A stretch of DNA of 64,000 bases, taken from the NCBI GenBank assembly GCA_046160545.1, contig JBJXGS010000322.1, positions 23,408 to 87,407 on the forward strand. The letters run 5' to 3'. Positions 40,741 through 49,414 of the stretch are shown here, piece by piece. The stretch comes from Burkholderiales bacterium (GTDB lineage: Bacteria > Pseudomonadota > Gammaproteobacteria > Burkholderiales > JAEUOS01). The notes beneath the pieces are model-generated. The model searched no databases, had not been told where the DNA came from, and was given only the letters and a program-made list of their open reading frames with translations. A program made the translations under genes and the position numbers. The stretch's first letter is position 1, and every line of letters begins with the position of its first letter.

Positions 40741-42068
40741 CAAGACACCAGTTTGGCCAGCAGCGCACTGGCGGCGCTGAATCCGGATCGCACTGCGCTT
40801 TCCAGCGTCGCCGGGTAACCGGGAATCATGTGGTCCCCTGCGAAGTACAGCGGAGCCACTGACAGCCGACCGATCGGCGCCGGCAACTCCGGTGTACAGC
40901 GGAATGTCGCGCGCTTATCTGTGATCACGCGCGAGCGCAATGGCCGCGGCAGGCCAGGAAACGCGCCGCGCAATTCGGCATCGATGGCTTCCGCAAGCGC
41001 ATCGCCGGGCATTTCGCGCAGGCGTGCGGCGGCACTGACCACCACCGCGATCAGCCCGGGCGTGCCACCGAGGCTCCCACGATCAAAAGCCCACTGCGAC
41101 AAGGCGTCAACCAGTCCAATCATCGGCGATGGAAGTCGGGTGCCTGGCGGGTACCAGAGATAGCAGGTGATGATTGGCTCATAGTCGTAGGCGTCCAGGC
41201 TTGAGCACAGGTCGGCGGCGAATGCACTCTCGCGAAGCATCGCGGCGGCAGCGTACGGCGGGAGGGCGCATATCGCAGCATCAAACTCCTGCTCTTCGCC
41301 ATCGAGACGTAATTTGATGCTGCGCTCTGTCGCGCTGATGCCGCGCACCAGGGCTCGCGTGCGCACCATGCCGCCGCGCGCCACGAGGTAGGCCAAGGCC
41401 AGGTCGGGGAAAACGCAGCTCAGATCGCGTCGCGGTATCAGCAGGTCGCTATCGGTGCGCCGCCGCAGGAGCGCATCGCAAATCACCCGGGCAAATACGC
41501 GCGCCGAGGCCTGGGACGCCTGGGTGTTCAGCGCCGCGACGCACAGGGGCTCCCAAACGAAGCTTCGCGCGCGTTCGGTCTGCGCGTGAGCCGCCAGCCA
41601 GCTTGATACGCTCATGTCGGGCGGCGGTTCGCGCAGAACGAGCGAAGCTGCGAGGCGCGCCATGCACCACTTGTCGCGCCAACCCAGGCCTCCGGCACAT
41701 GCCAGGGCCACCGCGATGTTCAGTGGCGCCGGACCGTGTCGCGGGGCGCGCAGGTGCACATGGCCGGGGAAGTGCAGTTCCAGCGGCAGCCGCAGGAAGA
41801 GTTCGCGCACATCCCCTCCGACGCGAGTGACGGCAGCCAGTGTGTCGCGATAGGCGCCAAGAAGAATATGCTGCCCATTGTCGAGGCTTTCGCCGTCAAC
41901 GCTGACGCGACGCGCCCGACCGCCGACTTGAGGAGCCGCTTCGATGAGGCAGACTTCGGTGCGCTCTGCCAGTGCGACTGCCGCAGCCAGGCCAGACCAG
42001 CCGGCGCCGATCACCGCGACACGCGGGCGTGAAGTCAAGCGAAGGTCCAGGTCTTCCATGCAAGCCAT
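40737..42068 (-). CDS. hpnE: hydroxysqualene dehydroxylase (FAD-dependent amine-oxidase fold)
   Basis: VAVIGAGWSGLAAA dinucleotide-binding motif. Position after hpnC-hpnD. An alternative ATG lies at 42059. Overlaps hpnD by 25-34 nt. Confidence 0.8.
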   Translation of the reverse strand: MACMEDLDLRLTSRPRVAVIGAGWSGLAAAVALAERTEVCLIEAAPQVGGRARRVSVDGESLDNGQHILLGAYRDTLAAVTRVGGDVRELFLRLPLELHFPGHVHLRAPRHGPAPLNIAVALACAGGLGWRDKWCMARLAASLVLREPPPDMSVSSWLAAHAQTERARSFVWEPLCVAALNTQASQASARVFARVICDALLRRRTDSDLLIPRRDLSCVFPDLALAYLVARGGMVRTRALVRGISATERSIKLRLDGEEQEFDAAICALPPYAAAAMLRESAFAADLCSSLDAYDYEPIITCYLWYPPGTRLPSPMIGLVDALSQWAFDRGSLGGTPGLIAVVVSAAARLREMPGDALAEAIDAELRGAFPGLPRPLRSRVITDKRATFRCTPELPAPIGRLSVAPLYFAGDHMIPGYPATLESAVRSGFSAASALLAKLVSC

Positions 42069-42868
42069 AGCTTGCGCAGGGGAGTCAGGCTGGTCCGCTG
42101 ATGCAGCACCTGAAAGTTGTCGCGCGCAATCTCTTCGAGCAGAGCCCGATAAATCGCCGCCATGATCAGGCCCGGCCTCTGCGCCCGGCGGTCCTCCCCG
42201 GGAAGGGAGGCGAATGCAGCCTGGTAATAATGGAGCGAACGCTCGTACTGGAAGCGCATCAGGCGGGTGAAGTTGTCGCTGTAGCGCGCATTGAGGATAT
42301 CGGCCACCGGGACCTGGAAACGCTGCAGTTCGTCAATCGGCAGGTAAACCCGCCCGCGACGTGCATCCTCACCAACATCGCGGATGATGTTGGTGAGCTG
42401 GAAGGCAATGCCGAGATTGCGCGCGTACTCGAGTGTCTCAGGGCGCGTGCGTCCGAAGATTTCGGCTGCACACAGCCCGACCACCCCGGCGACCAGATGG
42501 CAATATCGCTCCAGTCCCGCGAAATCCAGATACCGCGACTGCAGGAGGTCCATCTCCATGCCATCAAGTATCTCGTTCAAGCGCGTCTCGCTCAGCGCGA
42601 AGGGCACGACGCAAGGCGCAAGTGCCTTGGTGACGGGATGTTGGGGATTGCCGCGAAACAGCTCGCGGATCTCGTTGCGCCACCAGGCAAGCTTGACGCG
42701 GGCCAGGTCGATGTCGGCAATCTCGTCGACGACGTCGTCGACTTCGCGGCAGTAAGCGTACAGCGCGGTGATGGCGCGGCGTCGCTCCGCAGGCAGGAAC
42801 AGGAAGCTGTAGTAAAACGACGAACCGCTGGCGGCCGCCTTCTGCTGGCAATATTCGTCAGGCGTCAT
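42035..42868 (-). CDS. hpnD: presqualene diphosphate synthase
   Basis: YCREVDDVVDE and FQLTNIIRDVGEDARRGRVYLP motifs of the squalene/phytoene synthase family. Confidence 0.88.
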   Translation of the reverse strand: MTPDEYCQQKAAASGSSFYYSFLFLPAERRRAITALYAYCREVDDVVDEIADIDLARVKLAWWRNEIRELFRGNPQHPVTKALAPCVVPFALSETRLNEILDGMEMDLLQSRYLDFAGLERYCHLVAGVVGLCAAEIFGRTRPETLEYARNLGIAFQLTNIIRDVGEDARRGRVYLPIDELQRFQVPVADILNARYSDNFTRLMRFQYERSLHYYQAAFASLPGEDRRAQRPGLIMAAIYRALLEEIARDNFQVLHQRTSLTPLRKLWLAWKTWTFA

Positions 42869-42944
42869 GCGGCGGGAAGGGCGGGCGTGCTCGTAAGGAC
42901 TGGGCGCAGCGTGGCCGCCATCAAACCTGCGATTCTAGCCATGG

Positions 42945-43769
42945 TCAGCGCATGACGAGCGCGCGCCAGGCCATCAAGAGCCAGTCACGTTTGCCAAGGG
43001 TGGGGCGACGACCGAATACGTCGTAGTTGACGGCAGCGATGCGTTCCAAAATGCGCAGTCCCCCCTGCACGACCATACGCAGTTCCCAGCCGGCGCGGCC
43101 GCCGAGGCGCAGCGCCAGCGGAGCGCCGGAGAGCATCATCTCTCTGGCCCGCGCACACTCGCTTGCCATCAAGGCGATGAATGGGGCGCCGTGGACCCGC
43201 CGGGCAAGCATGTCTTCTGTGACGCTGAAGCGGGCCAGCTGATCCTGAGGCAGGTACACGCGCCCCTTGCTCCAGTCGATGCCGACATCCTGATAGAAGT
43301 TGATCAACTGCAAGGCTGAACAGATCGCGTCTGACTGAACCAGCGACACTTCGTCGGTATGGCCGTACAGGTGCAGGAGGAGCCGGCCGACAGGATTGGC
43401 AGAGCGCGCGCAGTAATCCGCCAGTTCGCGCGCATCGCAGTAGCGATGCTTGACCACGTCCTGCGCAAAGGCGTCGAGCAGGTCTTCCAGCAGTTTCACG
43501 GGCAGGTCATGGGCCTTGATCATCCGGCCCAGGACCGAGAAGCCTTCGGCGTCGGGTGCGGCGGCGGGCGCCGCGCCGCCCGCGACCCTCCGCAGTTGTG
43601 CCCGCCAGTTGGCAAGCGCGGTCAATCGTTCGGCGGCCCCGGCGTGACCTTCATCGGCAAGGTCGTCGGCACCGCGCGCGAATCGGTAGATCGCCGCGAT
43701 CGGCAAGCGCAGGCGCGCCGGCAAGAGAAGCGACGCAACCGGGAAATTCTCGTAGTGACCTACACCCAT
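42945..43769 (-). CDS. hpnC: hydroxysqualene synthase
   Basis: Start set at ATG 43769 (MGVGHYENFPVAS...). The track's GTG at 43811 would translate through a terminator hairpin. RGADDLADE and LQLINFYQDVGIDWSKGRVYLP motifs. Confidence 0.85.
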   Translation of the reverse strand: MGVGHYENFPVASLLLPARLRLPIAAIYRFARGADDLADEGHAGAAERLTALANWRAQLRRVAGGAAPAAAPDAEGFSVLGRMIKAHDLPVKLLEDLLDAFAQDVVKHRYCDARELADYCARSANPVGRLLLHLYGHTDEVSLVQSDAICSALQLINFYQDVGIDWSKGRVYLPQDQLARFSVTEDMLARRVHGAPFIALMASECARAREMMLSGAPLALRLGGRAGWELRMVVQGGLRILERIAAVNYDVFGRRPTLGKRDWLLMAWRALVMR

Positions 43770-43781
43770 TCTGTAGCCGGC

Positions 43782-43808
43782 AAAAAAAAGCGCCCGGGAG
43801 CCGGGCGC
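43782..43808 (-). terminator. rho-independent terminator after the mini-lipoprotein gene, 12 nt before the hpnC ATG
   Basis: Minus-strand RNA is GCGCCCGG-CUC-CCGGGCGC (8-bp GC stem) followed by UUUUUUUU. Confidence 0.75.
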
Positions 43809-43832
43809 CACAAGAAATATAGCGCGACCTGA

Positions 43833-43958
43833 TCAGGATCTCGGTTGGGCCGTGGACTGGCTCTTTTGTTCCGCCTTGGCGCTGCTGCTGCAAGCCAAGG
43901 CGGATGTGGACGATCCGAACACCAACAATGCGACCAGGGTCGCGATCATTCTAGGCAT
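43833..43958 (-). CDS. 41-aa predicted lipoprotein (not in the ORF track; below its size cutoff)
   Basis: Translation MPRMIATLVALLVFGSSTSALACSSSAKAEQKSQSTAQPRS has a signal peptide and an ALAC lipobox. The upstream GAAAGGAGGUGAUCC abuts the AUG. It has its own promoter-like element and terminator. Confidence 0.65.
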   Translation of the reverse strand: MPRMIATLVALLVFGSSTSALACSSSAKAEQKSQSTAQPRS

Positions 43959-43993
43959 GGATCACCTCCTTTCAAGATTGACAGGGAAGTCGC

Positions 43994-44022
43994 ACTTTAG
44001 CCGTTCCTTTGCCTTGACTCAA
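43994..44022 (-). promoter_or_regulatory. sigma-70-type promoter for the mini-lipoprotein gene
   Basis: On the minus strand: TTGAGT (44022-44017), a 17-nt spacer, then TAAAGT (43999-43994). Overlaps the stop codon of the REC-TPR gene. Confidence 0.55.
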
Positions 44023-45563
44023 GTCTCGACGGCTTCTTCGTGCGCCGCTTCTCGCAGCGCCAGCAATTGGCCCATGAGGACGCGCGCCGGATCAAGGCGA
44101 ACATCGCCAGGGATAGCTGCCGCCCAGTAGCCGATGCTGGCGCGACATGCCCCGCCGAGCGCGTCGTCCCAGCCCCGTGCTGCCAACTTGCCCAGCATGG
44201 GCAGGAGTTGGTCCACCGGAACAATGGCCTCCACACGCGGGGGCGCCAGTCCGAGGCGTGCCAGACGTGACCGAATCTGTTCGAGAGCCACTTGGTTCAA
44301 GTCGGGGCGCCCGATCATGCAGCTTCCCAGATAATCGGCATCCGCACCTCGACCGGCCTCGATCAACGCATCAAGCAGATCAAGTTCCAGTTCATACGAG
44401 AAAGTGGACGTTGCAGCGTCGCGCAGAACCAGGCCGCGATCGAGGGCTTCGCGCGCCTCTTCCGAGGCAGGACCCTCGGCGCGCAACCGGGCGACACGGT
44501 AGGCTATCAGGCATGCCACCAGATCGCCTTCAGGCGATGTGCACATATCGCGGCGATGGTCGGATGCGACGCGCTCGGCCTGTGCCGCCTTGCCCTGCGC
44601 CGAGTAGGCGCGTGCCAGGCAAAGATAGTCCGCGGCGCTGGCCAGCGGACTGCCTCGCGCACGATCCACGGCTCGAAGATACATGCGCGCGGCCTGCTCG
44701 TGGCGTCCCGCAGCGTCGGCGTAACTTCCGGCACGGCGCAGCCGATCCAGGTTTTCCGCCGCGGCGACCCCGCTGGCCTCGAGGACGGCCAACGCTTCGC
44801 TCGGCTTGCCAAGACGTGACTTGACGTCAGCAAGCAAATCATAGGCCTGCATGTAGTCCGCATGGCGAGCGGAGACGGCCAACAACAGGCCCTCGGCCTC
44901 TTCGAGGCGTCCCTGGGCGACCTGCGCGCGCGAGAGTGCAACGCACGCCCACGGCGCGACCCTGTGCTCGAGGATGTCCGATAAAAGCGACTCGGCCTGC
45001 GCATAACGGCCGGACTTGACCAGGATCTCCGCCTGCAGGCGTTCGATGAGTGGAGCGTGCGAAGGCGAGTCGGCGATCAGTTCCTGGCATCGTACAAGCG
45101 CGCCGTCAACCTGCCCCAACTCGAGGAGCTCGTGCACGGGTGCGAAGACGCGCTTGCGCGCTACGGCACGCATGAGTCGCTCGGCGAGGGTGTCGATGGT
45201 GAAAGGCTTCAGCAAATAGGCATCGGGCGCGAATTCGGCCACGTCGCGAACCCGACGGTAAGTGCGCTCGGAGGTCACCATGACGAACACGGCGTCCCGA
45301 TCCAGCGCTCCAAGTGTGCGCAGTTCCTCCAGAAACGCCTGTCCGGTACGGGTTTCTTCGAGCTGGTAGTCGCACAGAAATACGTCGGCGCTGTGCTCCT
45401 TCATTGCAGCATGCGCTGTGTCGGCAGTGGCCACTGCGGCGACCGATGCCGCACCGAGACGGTCGCACATGTCCGAAAGTTTTTCGCGTACGTGCGCATG
45501 ACGATCAACAATCAGGACCCGTTTGTGGGCAAGCGGGGACAGCGAATTGACGGATTCTGGCAT
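44019..45563 (-). CDS. orphan response-regulator receiver domain fused to a long TPR-like helical-repeat region
   Basis: ATG at 45563. The REC aligns to CheY (LIVDRH / FLCDYQL / VMVTSE / LLKPF). About 380 aa of Ala/Leu/Arg-rich helical repeats follow. No DNA-binding or enzymatic output domain. Confidence 0.8.
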   Translation of the reverse strand: MPESVNSLSPLAHKRVLIVDRHAHVREKLSDMCDRLGAASVAAVATADTAHAAMKEHSADVFLCDYQLEETRTGQAFLEELRTLGALDRDAVFVMVTSERTYRRVRDVAEFAPDAYLLKPFTIDTLAERLMRAVARKRVFAPVHELLELGQVDGALVRCQELIADSPSHAPLIERLQAEILVKSGRYAQAESLLSDILEHRVAPWACVALSRAQVAQGRLEEAEGLLLAVSARHADYMQAYDLLADVKSRLGKPSEALAVLEASGVAAAENLDRLRRAGSYADAAGRHEQAARMYLRAVDRARGSPLASAADYLCLARAYSAQGKAAQAERVASDHRRDMCTSPEGDLVACLIAYRVARLRAEGPASEEAREALDRGLVLRDAATSTFSYELELDLLDALIEAGRGADADYLGSCMIGRPDLNQVALEQIRSRLARLGLAPPRVEAIVPVDQLLPMLGKLAARGWDDALGGACRASIGYWAAAIPGDVRLDPARVLMGQLLALREAAHEEAVET

Positions 45564-45789
45564 CGGTGCGCGGGCTTCTTTTTGACACCCGAGAAGGTAC
45601 ACGCTGGCGTCGCGTTCCAAAAAGCCGATCAACCGCCGCTTTGCGCGACAAATACCGGGCCGCCACCCCGACAGGACTGTTGGGTAAGCCCGATTGGGGT
45701 AAAATCCGAAGGTTCCCAGCATAGTGACTAGCATCGGGGTGCATCGCACCTGGTTAGGCGTGCATGGTCACCGACGCCGGACACCCGAG

Positions 45790-45875
45790 GCGAAGGTGGC
45801 GGAACTGGTAGACGCACTGGATTTAGGTTCCAGCGCCCCAAAGGCGTGAGGGTTCGAGTCCCTCCTTTCGCACCA
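45790..45875 (+). tRNA. tRNA-Leu (anticodon UAG), type II with long variable arm, CCA encoded
   Basis: Hand-folded. Acceptor GCGAAGG/CTTTCGC, anticodon stem CTGGA/TCCAG with loop TTTAGGT, variable arm CGCC-CCAAA-GGCG, T arm GAGGG-TTCGAGT-CCCTC, then ACCA. Confidence 0.93.
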
Positions 45876-45898
45876 ACCACACTTAGATCGAATCCTTC

Positions 45899-47209
45899 AT
45901 GGCAGTGACCGAATCCACCGTGGGCGCTCTAGAGCGCCGCATCGACTTGTCCATCCCCGCTGCGGAAATCGAAAAGGAGGTCGCCAGTCGCCTCCAGCGC
46001 ATGTCTCGCACAGTACGCATGCAGGGCTTTCGACCGGGCAAGGTACCCATGCGCATGGTCGCCTCAACCTACGGGCCGCAAGTCCGCTCCGAAGTCATAG
46101 GTGATGCGATTCAGCGCAATTTCAGCACGGCCGTCAATCAGCAGAAATTGCGCGTTGCCGGTTACCCGCGCATCGAACCCAAACCTGCGGTTGAAGGGGC
46201 TGCCAACGATGCGAGTTTCGACTTCGTCGCGACATTCGAGGTCTATCCGGACGTCGTCATTGGCGACCTTTCAAGTCTGGCAATCCAGAACCCTCGCACG
46301 ACCGTGGGCGACGCTGATATCGATGCCACCATCGAGACATTGCGGCGCCAGCGCGTCACATATTCGCCTGCCGGACGCGCGAGTGCAAAGGACGATCGGG
46401 TCACTGTCGATTTCCGCGGCGCCATCGACGGCGTGTATTTCGAGGGTGGCAGCGCCACCGATTTCGAATTCGTTCTGGGCGCCGGCCGCATGCTTCCGGA
46501 ATTCGATAACGCTGCGACAGGAGTCAATGAAGGTGCTAGCAAGACCTTTGATCTGACCTTCCCTGCGGATTACCAGGGCAAGGAGGTGGCCGGCAAGACC
46601 GCCAACTTCGAGATCACCGTCAAGAAAGTGGAGGCTCCGGTCCTGCCGGAACTGAATGCTGAATTCGCGCGCTCGCTGGGGGTGGCGGATGGCGACTTGG
46701 CGCGCCTGAAGGCCGACATTCGCGGCAATGTCGAACGCGAGGTGAAGAAGCGCCTGGCCAACCAGCAGAAAAACGCCGTGATGCAGGGCTTGATCGAGAA
46801 GGTCCGTGTCGAAACGCCACAGTCCCTGGTGGAGATGGAAGTCGAGCGCCTGATTGAACAGGCGCGCGCCGACCTGACCCAGCGCGGGATCAAGCAGGAC
46901 ATGCCAATCCCGCGCGAAATGTTCACTGATCAAGCCAAGCGGCGTGTCACCCTGGGGCTGATCCTTGCCGAACTGGTCAAGTCGGAGTCGCTGGAGGCCA
47001 AGCCGGAGCAAGTGCGCGCGATCATTGACGAATACGCGCAAAGTTACGAGGATCCGACCGAGGTGGTGCGCTGGTACTACGCGGACAAGAAGCGCATTTC
47101 CGAAGTCGAGGCGCTGGCCGTCGAGGACAATGTGGTCAAGCACGTCCTCGCTTGCGCTCAGGTCAGCGACCGCGCCATTCCCTTTGACGAACTCATGGCG
47201 CGCTCGTAG
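45899..47209 (+). CDS. tig: trigger factor
   Basis: 436 aa. GFRPGKVP ribosome-binding signature. tig-clpP-clpX-lon synteny. Confidence 0.95.
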   Translation: MAVTESTVGALERRIDLSIPAAEIEKEVASRLQRMSRTVRMQGFRPGKVPMRMVASTYGPQVRSEVIGDAIQRNFSTAVNQQKLRVAGYPRIEPKPAVEGAANDASFDFVATFEVYPDVVIGDLSSLAIQNPRTTVGDADIDATIETLRRQRVTYSPAGRASAKDDRVTVDFRGAIDGVYFEGGSATDFEFVLGAGRMLPEFDNAATGVNEGASKTFDLTFPADYQGKEVAGKTANFEITVKKVEAPVLPELNAEFARSLGVADGDLARLKADIRGNVEREVKKRLANQQKNAVMQGLIEKVRVETPQSLVEMEVERLIEQARADLTQRGIKQDMPIPREMFTDQAKRRVTLGLILAELVKSESLEAKPEQVRAIIDEYAQSYEDPTEVVRWYYADKKRISEVEALAVEDNVVKHVLACAQVSDRAIPFDELMARS

Positions 47210-47234
47210 GCGCTACGCGGCAGGAAAACCGGCA

Positions 47235-47903
47235 ATGACCTTCGATCCGACGTTCAAGCGCTTTCAACAGTATGTCGGCGACACTCGCATGAGTGGCGCC
47301 ATGGATGCCACCGGCCTGGGCATGATTCCCATGGTCATTGAGCAAAGCGGGCGCGGCGAGCGTGCCTATGACATCTATTCGCGCCTGCTCAAAGAGCGCG
47401 TGGTGTTCCTGGTCGGGCCGGTCGAAGACCTGGGTGCGAACCTGATCGTGGCCCAGTTCCTGTTTCTCGAATCGGAGAACCCCGAGAAGGACATTTCCTT
47501 CTATATCAACTCGCCCGGCGGCTCGGTCACGGCGGGCTTGGCGATATATGACACGATGCAGTTCATAAAGCCGGAGGTCTCGACCCTTTGCGTCGGGCAG
47601 GCCGCCAGCATGGGAGCCTTCCTGCTGGCCGCCGGCGCCAAGGCCAAGCGCTTCGGATTGCCGAATTCGCGGGTCATGATCCACCAGCCGTCGGCAGGCT
47701 TCCAGGGGCAGGCATCCGACATCGAGATCCATGCCAAGGAAGTCATGGGGCTCAAGAAGAAGCTCAATACGCTCATGTCGCAACACACCGGACAACCGGT
47801 CGAGCGCATCGAGAAGGATACCGACCGCGACAATTTCCTGTCCGCCGACGAGGCCCAGGCCTACGGACTGATCGACAAGGTCCTGTCCAAACGAAGCGCG
47901 TGA
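47235..47903 (+). CDS. clpP: ATP-dependent Clp protease proteolytic subunit
   Basis: [11 protein letters not shown] (Ser) and IHQP (His) motifs. The start is either ATG 47235 (weak AGGAAA upstream) or ATG 47289 (giving 204 aa). Confidence 0.93.
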   Translation: MTFDPTFKRFQQYVGDTRMSGAMDATGLGMIPMVIEQSGRGERAYDIYSRLLKERVVFLVGPVEDLGANLIVAQFLFLESENPEKDISFYINSPGGSVTAGLAIYDTMQFIKPEVSTLCVGQAASMGAFLLAAGAKAKRFGLPNSRVMIHQPSAGFQGQASDIEIHAKEVMGLKKKLNTLMSQHTGQPVERIEKDTDRDNFLSADEAQAYGLIDKVLSKRSA

Positions 47904-47950
47904 AGGTGGGCCGCTGCGAAGGAGGGCCCGAAAGAGCCCGCAAGTCCTGC

Positions 47951-47980
47951 TTGCATGCGGTGCGGCGATTGGCCTAATCT
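47951..47980 (+). promoter_or_regulatory. possible sigma-70 promoter for clpX
   Basis: TTGCAT, an 18-nt spacer, then TAATCT, 30 nt upstream of the clpX ATG. Confidence 0.35.
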
Positions 47981-48009
47981 ATGCGTTACGCGGCAATTCC
48001 GAAGCGAAG

Positions 48010-49275
48010 ATGACCGACAAGAAAGCCAGCGGCGAAAAACTGCTGTACTGCTCGTTCTGCGGCAAGAGCCAGCACGAGGTGCGCAAGCTCATCGCCGGCC
48101 CGTCAGTATTCATTTGCGACGAATGCATCGAGCTGTGCAACGACATCATCCGCGACGAGACCAGCGCTGCCGACCCCGGCAAGGCGGTCCGCTCTGACCT
48201 TCCGACCCCACAGGAGATCTGCGGAATCCTTGATTCCTATGTGATCGGGCAGGAAAGTGCCAAGCGCATCTTGTCGGTCGCGGTCTATAACCATTACAAG
48301 CGCTTGAAGCACCTGGTCAAGTCCGACGAGATCGAACTGTCCAAGAGCAACATACTTCTTGTCGGTCCTACGGGATCCGGCAAGACACTGTTGGCGCAAA
48401 CCCTGGCCCGCCTGCTCAACGTACCGTTCGTGATCGCCGATGCCACCACGCTCACCGAAGCAGGGTATGTGGGTGAGGATGTCGAGAACATAATCCAGAA
48501 ATTGTTGCAGAACTGCAACTACGAAATCGAGAAGGCGCAAAAGGGCATCGTCTACATCGACGAGATCGACAAGATCTCGCGCAAGTCCGACAACCCTTCG
48601 ATCACCCGTGATGTTTCAGGCGAAGGGGTCCAGCAGGCACTTCTGAAACTCATTGAAGGCACGATCGCCTCTGTGCCACCGCAAGGTGGGCGCAAGCATC
48701 CAAACCAGGACTTTGTACAGGTGGACACGACAAACATCCTGTTTATCTGCGGCGGCGCCTTCGACGGCCTTGAAAAGGTGATCCGCAACCGCTCCGAGAA
48801 AAGCGGCATCGGATTCAGCGCGGAAGTGAAGGTCGCCTCCGAGCGGGTCTTGAGCGATACCTTGAAGGGCGTCGAGCCCGAGGACCTGATCAAGTTCGGG
48901 CTGATTCCAGAATTGGTCGGCCGCCTGCCGGTGGTAGCCACGCTCAACGAGCTCGACGAACCGGCCCTCATGCAGATTCTGACCGAGCCCAAGAACGCCC
49001 TGGTCAAGCAGTACCAGAAGCTTTTCCAGATGGAGGGGGCGGAACTGGAGATCCGCCCGGCCGCCTTGCATTCAATCGCCCGCAAGGCCTTGAAGCGCAA
49101 GACCGGCGCGCGCGGCCTGCGTTCGATCATCGAGCAGGCCCTTCTTGACACCATGTACGAGCTGCCAAGTACGCAGAATGTCGGCAAGGTAGTGGTCGAC
49201 GAGAGCACCATTGAAGGCGACGGCCGCCCGATCCTGGTCTACGCCGAGGCCCCCAAGGTTGCCTCCGCCCAGTAG
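48010..49275 (+). CDS. clpX: ATP-dependent Clp protease ATP-binding subunit ClpX
   Basis: Zinc-binding CSFCGK ... CDEC and Walker A GPTGSGKT. Confidence 0.97.
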   Translation: MTDKKASGEKLLYCSFCGKSQHEVRKLIAGPSVFICDECIELCNDIIRDETSAADPGKAVRSDLPTPQEICGILDSYVIGQESAKRILSVAVYNHYKRLKHLVKSDEIELSKSNILLVGPTGSGKTLLAQTLARLLNVPFVIADATTLTEAGYVGEDVENIIQKLLQNCNYEIEKAQKGIVYIDEIDKISRKSDNPSITRDVSGEGVQQALLKLIEGTIASVPPQGGRKHPNQDFVQVDTTNILFICGGAFDGLEKVIRNRSEKSGIGFSAEVKVASERVLSDTLKGVEPEDLIKFGLIPELVGRLPVVATLNELDEPALMQILTEPKNALVKQYQKLFQMEGAELEIRPAALHSIARKALKRKTGARGLRSIIEQALLDTMYELPSTQNVGKVVVDESTIEGDGRPILVYAEAPKVASAQ

Positions 49276-49324
49276 GCTTGGCGCCAATTGGTGCGCGTTC
49301 GGCGCAACCAAGACTCGGGCAAAC

Positions 49325-49352
49325 CTTGCAACAGCCGGTTTCGGCCCCATGT
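49325..49352 (+). promoter_or_regulatory. sigma-32 (RpoH) heat-shock-type promoter upstream of lon
   Basis: CTTGCAA, a 13-nt spacer, then CCCCATGT, against the consensus CTTGAAA-N13/14-CCCCATnT. Lies 63 nt upstream of the lon ATG. Confidence 0.65.
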
Positions 49353-49414
49353 CCACGCTGTCGCGTCTTTTTTGCGGACGCGGCGCGAGTACCAGAGCAT
49401 CACCCTGAAAGGCA

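Noticed and set aside
43770-43811. Longer hpnC start (GTG 43811) as given in the ORF track
   Set aside because: The extra 14 codons (MAPGSRALFFAGYR) are simply the translation of the terminator hairpin and U-tract. HpnC homology (HYENFPVAS) begins right after ATG 43769.
43959-43973. 15-nt match to the 3' end of 16S rRNA (GGATCACCTCCTTTC) on the plus strand
   Set aside because: This is not an rRNA gene, because nothing upstream resembles 16S. I read it instead as the complement of an unusually long Shine-Dalgarno for the minus-strand mini-lipoprotein gene.
49276-49322. Imperfect hairpin after clpX (TTGGTGCGC ... GCGCAACCAA)
   Set aside because: It has a bulged stem and no following T-tract, so I did not call it an intrinsic terminator.
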